This document shows positions 8,126 through 15,318 of a stretch of 25,657 nt of DNA, piece after piece. Under the pieces are notes generated by a model, which saw nothing but the letters and a program-made list of their open reading frames with translations, made no database searches and was not told where the DNA came from. Source of the DNA: a virus (taxonomy: Duplodnaviria > Caudoviricetes); the IMG/VR virus record IMGVR_UViG_3300037782_000181, positions 1 through 25,657 of that record; one strand, 5' to 3'. The position numbers and the translations under genes are program-made. The first letter of the stretch is position 1, and the number at the start of each line of letters is the position of its first letter.

Positions 8126-9323
8126 GGAGATTACTGAGCTTGGCGATCGTATCGCCAACAGCGAGAGCGAGACCGCTACCAAATCGGATCTCACCAAGAT
8201 CGCAGAACGCCTCGAAGCCTTCGAGAAGGTATCGCAGGGCGGCAAGGCCAAGCAGCGCACGAAGTTCTGGGATACCGACGCTCAGGCTTCGGAGTTCGTG
8301 GACTACCTCATCGATGGACCGCTTGACGGTCACATCAACAAGGCTCAGAAGTCCAGACTTCAGGGCAGCAGCCTCACCAAGGCGGACTACGCCAACATCA
8401 CGACCGATGGCGAGGGCGGACACCTTGTGCCCGAACTCTTCAGCAACACCCTGCAGGAGCGTTTCAACTCCTACGGCGCTGCCCGTCAGCTTCACGATGT
8501 TTACCAGATCGACGGCGGTTCTCTTGAACTGGCGTTTAATGACGGCGGTACTACCGCTCTCTTCAAGAGCGAGGGAACCAACGCAGATTACACCAAGGAA
8601 GCGTTCGATACCGTCGTTCTCAATCCCAAGATCATCATCGCGCTCACGGCTGCTTCGCAGTCGCTTCTGAACCAGTCGAGATTCAGCATCGCTGACATCG
8701 TTGGTCGGGCGCTCGTTCGTGCCAACGGCTACCGAGAGGACTTCGCTGTCTTCCGAGGTACTGGTGCGAGCAACGACACCTCGGGCGGGATCACGGGCTA
8801 CGAGAACGCCTCGATTGGCGAGGTTGAACTCGGAGCGGTCGGCGATCTGTTCAAGGTCAACGCATCGGGTACGCCCGACGACGCCAACCCCAAGGGCGTT
8901 GATGCGCTGATTCAGGCGATGAATACCGTGGACAGCTACGCCATCGACGGCGATACGGCATGGTACATGAACCGCCGTACCTTGAACTCGCTGCACAGCG
9001 TCAAGGATACGACTGGTCAGCCAGTCATCCGCATGGGCTTCAATGAGTCGCCGTTCGGATCGCTCTTCGGTTACCCGATCAGACCCATTGAAATTCTCGG
9101 TCCCAACTCCGAGGCCGCAATCGATCAGGCTTCCGAGGTTGACACGCTCGTTCTCTTCGGGTCGCTCCGAAGGGCAGGAGCCATCGGCGTCTCGGGCAGC
9201 GTCTCGATCGCATTCGATGACCACTACGACTTCCGAGCAGGGCTCTCCGCATGGAGGCTGTTCTCTGAGTTCGACTTCAAGGTTACTGACCCGAATGCGG
9301 TAGCGCGCATCGTAAACCCTTAA
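8091..9323 (+). CDS. major capsid protein, HK97 fold, with N-terminal delta-like domain
   Basis: GGHLVPELFS, FRGTG, WYMNRRT..L..VKDTTGQP and LFGYPI motifs; strong GGAG RBS. Confidence 0.95.
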   Translation: METTEILQTLSKEITELGDRIANSESETATKSDLTKIAERLEAFEKVSQGGKAKQRTKFWDTDAQASEFVDYLIDGPLDGHINKAQKSRLQGSSLTKADYANITTDGEGGHLVPELFSNTLQERFNSYGAARQLHDVYQIDGGSLELAFNDGGTTALFKSEGTNADYTKEAFDTVVLNPKIIIALTAASQSLLNQSRFSIADIVGRALVRANGYREDFAVFRGTGASNDTSGGITGYENASIGEVELGAVGDLFKVNASGTPDDANPKGVDALIQAMNTVDSYAIDGDTAWYMNRRTLNSLHSVKDTTGQPVIRMGFNESPFGSLFGYPIRPIEILGPNSEAAIDQASEVDTLVLFGSLRRAGAIGVSGSVSIAFDDHYDFRAGLSAWRLFSEFDFKVTDPNAVARIVNP

Positions 9324-9327
9324 TACA

Positions 9328-9430
9328 GGTTGGCGAGCCTGAGTAACCAGATCAGGAGTCAACCGAACGGCGAGACCGTAACTCCCATCAGGTCGAAAGA
9401 CCTGTTGGGACATTCAACAAGCTCTGAATG
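9328..9430 (+). ncRNA. candidate structured RNA element (four consecutive hairpins) after the capsid gene
   Basis: stems 9328-9364, 9367-9379, 9383-9410 (GAAA tetraloop) and 9411-9430 are readable directly from the sequence; no U-tract. Confidence 0.45.
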
Positions 9431-9721
9431 AACCCGAACGCAACCGAGGCTCTGCGAAGTATGAAACGACTATCAAGCTACAAGATACTCCGAAACATCT
9501 ACGTCGAAGGACTGGGCGAGTTCCGGAAAGGGACGACAGCAGCGCTGAACAAAGAAGAGGCGGGTATGTTCCCGCCCAACGCCATTGCGAAGCAGGCGGA
9601 CTACCTCCAAGGCTTCGACGATCAGGCTGCAACCGGAGACGGACTCGGGATCGAATGGGATACCGATCTCTCGATCGCTGATGAAGAGGACGAGTACGAC
9701 GATGACGGAGAGCCGCTCTGA
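9428..9721 (+). CDS. small head-associated protein with acidic tail (start may be 9461)
   Basis: position between capsid and connector; GEFRKGTTAALNKEEA pattern typical of small post-capsid proteins; TGATG coupling to the next gene. Confidence 0.7.
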   Translation: MNPNATEALRSMKRLSSYKILRNIYVEGLGEFRKGTTAALNKEEAGMFPPNAIAKQADYLQGFDDQAATGDGLGIEWDTDLSIADEEDEYDDDGEPL

Positions 9722-10359
9722 TGGCGGCAACCGTCTCGCCATTACTTTTTGAAGAGGAAACGATCCTTGAGTGGTTCGCCCGCCATGAGACCGTGAACTA
9801 CGCCAGAGAGGGCGAGAAGAACTCGGTCTATCTGATTCTCAACAGCATCATCAGGCGAGCCGAGGCTATCTGCAACAGATCGCTTGTCTGGCAGGACCAC
9901 GCATTCGAGGATGCGGCTCCATACGGGCCGAGGCTTTACCTCTCAAGGCTGCCAATCGCAGACGTGCAAAGCCTCCATGCGTTTCTGGATTACAACTACG
10001 GCTCGCCGAATCTGATAGATCCCGATGCCTACTTCATCGAGCAGGACGCTCTTGTTCTCAAGACGGGCAGAGATTGGGCGTACAGACGATACCGAGCCAC
10101 GTACTCGGGCGGCTACTCCAACTACGGAGCCGAGCCCTTTGAGTTTGCGAGCGGGGGATACGCATCAACTCCGCTGCCCGATGACCTCGCCCAGGCGATT
10201 CTGACTCAACTCAACTTCGAGTACGCAAACCGAGCTAAGGCGGCTGTTCGCAGCGTGACCGATCGGGACGGATCGGTGACTTGGAACCAGCCTTATGAGT
10301 TCCTACCCGTCGTCAGGCAGGTGCTTCAGTCCTATCGAGCGGATTACATCCCGCAATGA
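9721..10359 (+). CDS. head-tail connector (adaptor) protein, phiE125 gp8-like
   Basis: AEAICNRSL, LSRLPIADVQS, YSGGY, LPDDLAQAI and VRQVLQSYR motifs. Confidence 0.85.
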   Translation: MAATVSPLLFEEETILEWFARHETVNYAREGEKNSVYLILNSIIRRAEAICNRSLVWQDHAFEDAAPYGPRLYLSRLPIADVQSLHAFLDYNYGSPNLIDPDAYFIEQDALVLKTGRDWAYRRYRATYSGGYSNYGAEPFEFASGGYASTPLPDDLAQAILTQLNFEYANRAKAAVRSVTDRDGSVTWNQPYEFLPVVRQVLQSYRADYIPQ

Positions 10360-10781
10360 TCGACGGCATCAAGACAAACGGGAGACTCTCGAATCCGGAC
10401 GGCTTTCTCCGAGTGGTGGACGGCGCTTTCTATTCGCTCTCCGAAAAGCTGCCTCGGATTGCGCACAACTACCGCAGGGCCTTCATCGAAGCAGCGCTGA
10501 GTCAGAGCGGGCCGCAGACGCTCGGCCGGATATCGGGCAACCTGCAAAGCTCGCTTCGGATCAGGAGCTACCCCAAGAGGGCCAACGTCGCCGAGGCAGG
10601 TCGTCTGGTCGTATTCGTGGATCGGAACGCCTACGGAGGCGAACCAGCGTTCTACGGAGCGGTCCAGGATACAAGGCGGGGATGGTTTGCCTACGGCATC
10701 GAGAGAGCGGACAAGCTGCTCTCGGCTGAGGTCCGCAAGGAGATCGGGCAGGCGTTCCGAAGGGAGAGCCGACGACGATGA
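10356..10781 (+). CDS. neck / tail-completion protein, HK97 gp10-like
   Basis: basic protein with RISGNLQSSL (RTGxLxxSI-like); ATGA overlaps on both sides; position. Confidence 0.65.
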   Translation: MIDGIKTNGRLSNPDGFLRVVDGAFYSLSEKLPRIAHNYRRAFIEAALSQSGPQTLGRISGNLQSSLRIRSYPKRANVAEAGRLVVFVDRNAYGGEPAFYGAVQDTRRGWFAYGIERADKLLSAEVRKEIGQAFRRESRRR

Positions 10782-11206
10782 GCGCCCTTCCCTACATCCT
10801 TCAAGGCTTCTATGACGCCCTCAACACGAACGAGCTTGCCTGGGCGGAACTGCGGATCGGTCCCGTTCAACTCAACAGCCGAGAGAACATCTGCTACATC
10901 GAGCCAGGACCGACTATCGAGTACGAGGAACGGGGCGGCAACCGTATCCAATCGACTGAGATCGTACTCAGCATTCAGCGAACGGCGACCAACCGCACCG
11001 ATCTATCTGGTATTGAGGTAGCGAGCGATGCGCTCGATCTGATCCTCGATAGCGTTGATACCAACAGAACGCTACAGACCCGCTGCGAGTCGATCCTTCC
11101 GCTCCGCACCGACATCTTCTACGACGACAAGGAAGGAATGCAGTCGGTAAAGATGCAAATCACCTATAGCGTCCGCTTCGCCAGAACAAGACGGCGAGCG
11201 AGATAA
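10778..11206 (+). CDS. putative tail terminator protein
   Basis: 142 aa, immediately upstream of the tail tube gene, C-terminal beta strand MQITYSV; call mainly from synteny. Confidence 0.6.
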   Translation: MSALPYILQGFYDALNTNELAWAELRIGPVQLNSRENICYIEPGPTIEYEERGGNRIQSTEIVLSIQRTATNRTDLSGIEVASDALDLILDSVDTNRTLQTRCESILPLRTDIFYDDKEGMQSVKMQITYSVRFARTRRRAR

Positions 11207-11263
11207 ACCTCCGCTCGATGAGACGGAGATCAAACCTACTTCTCGATATCTACGGAGACAACA

Positions 11264-12034
11264 ATGGCAGACACAAAGACCAGCCCGAACAAGGACAACT
11301 ACCTGCTTGCAGGCGTCCGCATCTATGCGCGCAAGCGAGGCGGATCGGCCTACTACTGCCTCGGCAACGCTACGGGCGTCAGCCTCATCAACGAGCGGGA
11401 GACGCTCGATCACTTCACAAGCTGGACTGGAAGCCGAAAGCGTGACAGACAGGACATCATCAGCGAGACGTTCGCACTTGAGTTCACCCTCGATGAGTTC
11501 AACTCAGAGAACCTCGGCCTGTTCTTCGCAAGCAACGCCGATGCGATCGACTACGCCCAAAGCTCGGGCAGCCAGTCGTCTACATCCGTAACCGCTGTTC
11601 TTGGCAAGAGCATCAAGCTCGGGCATCGCAGCATCACCTCGAACACATTTGTTGCAACGGAAGGCACTACGGTCCTGACTGAGGGTACTGACTACGAGGT
11701 AGATTACGACCTCGGGATCATGACGTTCCTCAGGGGATCGGCTCAGGTCCAGGACTCCGACAGCATCGATATCGAATACGACTTTGCCGAGGTAGACGGC
11801 GAGCAGTTCTATCCGGGCTCGCTGACAGGCGTACAGGAGCTCGACTCGTTCTACATCGCAGTCATCGGTAATCAGGGCGAGGTTCACGAATGGTCGGGCG
11901 TCAACGCCAACATTCGGGCGAACGGCCCGATGAGCATCGGCGACACCGACTGGTCAACGCTGCCGTTCCGCATTGAAATCCTTGCCAGCACCAACGCATC
12001 TCAGCCATACGGAACCTATCGGGTTTATCGCTAA
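11264..12034 (+). CDS. major tail (tube) protein
   Basis: YCLGNA, LDHFTS..G.R..D, FTLDEFNSENLGLFF and EGTDYEVDYDLG motifs; GGAG RBS. Confidence 0.88.
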   Translation: MADTKTSPNKDNYLLAGVRIYARKRGGSAYYCLGNATGVSLINERETLDHFTSWTGSRKRDRQDIISETFALEFTLDEFNSENLGLFFASNADAIDYAQSSGSQSSTSVTAVLGKSIKLGHRSITSNTFVATEGTTVLTEGTDYEVDYDLGIMTFLRGSAQVQDSDSIDIEYDFAEVDGEQFYPGSLTGVQELDSFYIAVIGNQGEVHEWSGVNANIRANGPMSIGDTDWSTLPFRIEILASTNASQPYGTYRVYR

Positions 12035-12083
12035 AGCGAAGGTTTACCGCTAAACGCTCTTAGAGGCTCAATCTACAACATGA

Positions 12084-12133
12084 AGCAGCGTGGCTACATC
12101 GGGGGGCCACGAGCCTCGGCCCCCCTCGCTGCT
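12084..12133 (+). other. strong GC hairpin after the tail tube gene (terminator-like or mRNA-stabilising, no U-tract)
   Basis: GGGGGGCC (12101-12108) pairs with GGCCCCCC (12118-12125); outer stem AGCAGCG (12084-12090) with CGCTGCT (12127-12133). Confidence 0.55.
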
Positions 12134-12157
12134 CCGCTACCTACGGAAACTCACCCA

Positions 12158-12562
12158 ATGTTCGATGACGTTCTGCATCAGTCAAAAGTAGAGGAAACCA
12201 TCGGCGAGACCAGACTTGTCGGGACGGCTCGCGCCGCTACATGGTCTGACATGACGGCGCTTGAGGGCGTGTTCCTCTCGCTCGTCTACTCGGTTATCAG
12301 CAAGACGCCGACCAGCATGTTCACCGACATTGACAAGGTGATCAGGCGGCTCTGCAAGGTAGAGGTCAACGGAAAGCCGTTTGAGGATATAGACAGTCTC
12401 CCGGTTCCATTCGTACTCAAGCTTGCGGAGGCAGTGGTAGAGGCAAATTTTACGCCCTCAAGCGTTGCCGCATGGCGATCGTTCTTCACGAACGTGGCGC
12501 AGAAGATCGCAACGATGGCAGCAGAGAACGAGTCAGCGCCGAGCGCATCCTCGGAAAGCTGA
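12158..12562 (+). CDS. tail assembly chaperone (gpG-like)
   Basis: between tail tube and tape measure; contains slippery site A AAT TTT in EANF. ATG 12158 preferred over 12080 because the region between is a hairpin. Confidence 0.8.
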   Translation: MFDDVLHQSKVEETIGETRLVGTARAATWSDMTALEGVFLSLVYSVISKTPTSMFTDIDKVIRRLCKVEVNGKPFEDIDSLPVPFVLKLAEAVVEANFTPSSVAAWRSFFTNVAQKIATMAAENESAPSASSES

Positions 12563-12912
12563 TACCCCGAGGGCATCGCTACTCCGACTGCCTCAACGAG
12601 TACAGCTACCAACGGCTGCTCGCCTTCTACTACCTCGCATGCGATGACGAGATCGACACCGAGATCCGCTCGCTGCGATCGATCATGGTCGGCAGCGAGG
12701 AATCCGCTCGCAAGCTCGAACGGGAGATTGCATCTCTCAACCGAATCAAGTCCGACTTGCAGCGAGAGATAGAGGAACTCAGCGGCCACCCATCGAACAC
12801 AAAGAAAAGCAATGACAACTCAGCCACCGCTATTCGGGCCTTCGGACAACTGACTCTACAGCGCAACTCCGAGAGGACTTCAAGAACGGCAAGGGCTCGG
12901 AGAGTCGAGTGA
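12451..12912 (+). CDS. -1 frame portion of the tail chaperone fusion (gpT-like part of gpGT)
   Basis: -1 frame is open from the slippery heptamer (12445-12451) to TGA 12912; LIPRGHRYSDCLNEYSYQRL resembles the LIxxGH...Y[TS]xxQ pattern of gpT-like segments. Confidence 0.7.
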   Translation, partial: YALKRCRMAIVLHERGAEDRNDGSRERVSAERILGKLIPRGHRYSDCLNEYSYQRLLAFYYLACDDEIDTEIRSLRSIMVGSEESARKLEREIASLNRIKSDLQREIEELSGHPSNTKKSNDNSATAIRAFGQLTLQRNSERTSRTARARRVE

Positions 12913-15318
12913 ATGGCCGAACTCAATGCCCTCATCAACATCTCGATCCAGAACCAGACGCTCCTGCAACAGGTCAACGCTCAGTTCAACCAACTCAATG
13001 AGAAGCTGAACAAGACCAACGAGGCGGTCAACAAGCTTAACGGGGGCTTCCGCCGTCTCTTTGCGGGCATTCTCTCTACCGCAACGCTCAGGCAGGCGGT
13101 TGTCCAGTTCGAGGCTCTCGAACGGGCTGAGACCAACCTCGCCGACTCGCTCTCCCGAAACAGCAAACTGAGCAACGGATTCGCAGACGCCCTCCGCAGG
13201 CAGGCTACAGAGCTTGGAAGGGCGGGCGGATTCACTCGGGCTCAGGTTACTCAGCTACAGGGCTATACGGCTGTTCTCGGTCTGGCAGAACAGCAGACGC
13301 TCGATCTGAACGCTGCGATCGTCGGACTGTCCCAGCGATCGACGGCGGGCGTAGACGAAATCGCAAAGTCCGTGCAGCGGGCTATTACGAGCGGAGAGAT
13401 ATCCGAGACTCTCGGGCCGCTCATCGGTTCAGCCCCCGCAGGCTTTAACCGTCTGACCCAAGAGCAGCGGGCGGCCTTTATATCCAGCAGTCAGTCGGAC
13501 ATCTTCAGCAACAACAACTTCGCCCGCCTGTTCTCTACGCTGAATGATGCGGTTGCTGAGTTCGCCAGGACTATCAACTTTGTATTCGGTCCAGCTATCC
13601 GGGCGTTTACTTCGATCGTCGGCCAACTCAACGAGTCGAGAATATCGGGACCGCTGCTTACTGCGGGAGCTACTGCGGGCGTAGGTCTGCTTGGCGGCGG
13701 CGCAGCCGTTGCTGCATTCAAGCAGATTGCGTCGTTCCTGAAACCGATCATCGCTGGCGCAGGAAAGCTCGCCCGCATTGGCGGCCCGATCGCCGTGATT
13801 GTTGCGTCCCTCGGAGTCATCGGGTCGTTCTTTGTTGGTTTCTTTGAGGGGCTGACGGGCATCGAGGATATCGGTACTCGGATCATCGAAGGTATCAAGG
13901 TCGGTATCAGAGCCATCGGCGATGCGTTCGAAGCTGCAATCGATCTGATCCAAGAGGGTCTCGATGGTCTTGCAGGTCTGGGCCAGGCGATCGGAGAATC
14001 GTTCCGCACCGGTAACTTCTCCAACATACTCGAAGCTGCCTCGTTCTATCAGGAGCAGCGTAAGCAGGAGCGGGAAGAGCGCCGCAATCAGAACTCTCAG
14101 AGCGGGCAGCAAGAGCCGATCAGCGGAGCGGAGCTTGCTCGCATACAGAGGGAACTCAGGCGGGCGGGCCTTGGAATCGACTCGGGAGAGCAGAGCCGCA
14201 GGCTGCTTGAAGTTGCCGAGGCCGAATCTCGCATATCCGCGAACCTCGACAAGCAGGCTCGCGCCTACCGCATCCAAGAGAGCTTGCTCAACAAGCGGCT
14301 CAGGCTGCTCAAGGACATACTGGCGGAGGAAGAGGCGTCGCCTCTGCTCAAGCTCGAACCCAACGGGCAAGGCGAGTTCAGCAAGCAACAGCTTGAGAAC
14401 TACGACAGGCAGGCAAGGGTTGTCGGCGAGATCCGAGAGGAACTCAAAGACGTACAGATCCAACTCGTACAGAATGCCCAAGCAGCCCGTGAGTTCGCCT
14501 TCGAGGTTGAACGCATACGTGGCGAAACTCAGATCAACAACTCCGAGGCATCGGGGCGAGCTTCGATACTCGGCAACGTTGGCCGGTTCAGCGATAACGA
14601 GACTGCGAACCGCAAGCTTCAGATCGGATTGTTGCGTCAGCGGATCGCGCTGACCGAGCGGCTCATCGGACTTGCCGAGCAGCAGGAGGATCAGGAGCGG
14701 GCTTCCGAGCTTCGGGTCGAACTGGTTGGCTTGCAGGAGCAGGTCAAGCAGTTGCAGCTTGAACTACCGCTTCTCGGGCAGGTCATCTCGGATAATCTGA
14801 TTGGCTCGTTCGATGCTCTCATCGACGGCACCAAGAGCGTCTCGCAGGCGTTCCGAGATATGGTGCGCTCGATCCTCTCTGACATCACAAAGCTGCTTGC
14901 GAGAGCCGCTGTACTCGGATTGATCGGATCGGCGTTCCAATCGCAGACGGGTGAAGGCACGGCTGGCCTCTTTGGTGGCTTGCTCAACCTCTTCTCGGGC
15001 GGACGCAACGGCGCATTCAGCGGAGGCATCGCAACAACACAGGGCATCCGGCGCTTCGCAGCGGGCGGGCTCGTTCCTGGTCCATCGATATCGAGGGACA
15101 TCATCCCAGCCATTCTGACGCCCGGCGAGCTTGTTCTCAATGCTGCGCAGCAGAACCGAGTTGCAAGCCATCTTGTCTCGCAGGCTCCGACGATCACGAA
15201 CATCAACGCATTCGATAGCAATGACATCTTGACGACCATTGCCGAGAGGCAGGGGCAGTCGGTCAACCTGAACGTGATACGCCGCAACCGAGAACAGGTC
15301 AGGAGGATGCTGTCCTAA
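12913..15318 (+). CDS. tail tape measure protein
   Basis: 801-aa helical Ala/Gly/Leu-rich protein with hydrophobic segments and C-terminal FAAGGLVPGP..DIIPAILTPGELV motif. Confidence 0.93.
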   Translation: MAELNALINISIQNQTLLQQVNAQFNQLNEKLNKTNEAVNKLNGGFRRLFAGILSTATLRQAVVQFEALERAETNLADSLSRNSKLSNGFADALRRQATELGRAGGFTRAQVTQLQGYTAVLGLAEQQTLDLNAAIVGLSQRSTAGVDEIAKSVQRAITSGEISETLGPLIGSAPAGFNRLTQEQRAAFISSSQSDIFSNNNFARLFSTLNDAVAEFARTINFVFGPAIRAFTSIVGQLNESRISGPLLTAGATAGVGLLGGGAAVAAFKQIASFLKPIIAGAGKLARIGGPIAVIVASLGVIGSFFVGFFEGLTGIEDIGTRIIEGIKVGIRAIGDAFEAAIDLIQEGLDGLAGLGQAIGESFRTGNFSNILEAASFYQEQRKQEREERRNQNSQSGQQEPISGAELARIQRELRRAGLGIDSGEQSRRLLEVAEAESRISANLDKQARAYRIQESLLNKRLRLLKDILAEEEASPLLKLEPNGQGEFSKQQLENYDRQARVVGEIREELKDVQIQLVQNAQAAREFAFEVERIRGETQINNSEASGRASILGNVGRFSDNETANRKLQIGLLRQRIALTERLIGLAEQQEDQERASELRVELVGLQEQVKQLQLELPLLGQVISDNLIGSFDALIDGTKSVSQAFRDMVRSILSDITKLLARAAVLGLIGSAFQSQTGEGTAGLFGGLLNLFSGGRNGAFSGGIATTQGIRRFAAGGLVPGPSISRDIIPAILTPGELVLNAAQQNRVASHLVSQAPTITNINAFDSNDILTTIAERQGQSVNLNVIRRNREQVRRMLS

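Noticed and set aside
9328-9410. Hammerhead ribozyme or c-di-GMP-I riboswitch identity for the post-capsid RNA
   Set aside because: CTGAGTA does not match CUGANGA and is base-paired; the GGACGCAAAGC-type riboswitch core is not matched.
8109-9413. 434-aa antisense ORF over the capsid gene
   Set aside because: Shadow frame of a codon-biased gene; no motifs recognised.
13429-14481. 350-aa antisense ORF within the tape measure gene
   Set aside because: Antisense shadow of a confidently assigned gene.
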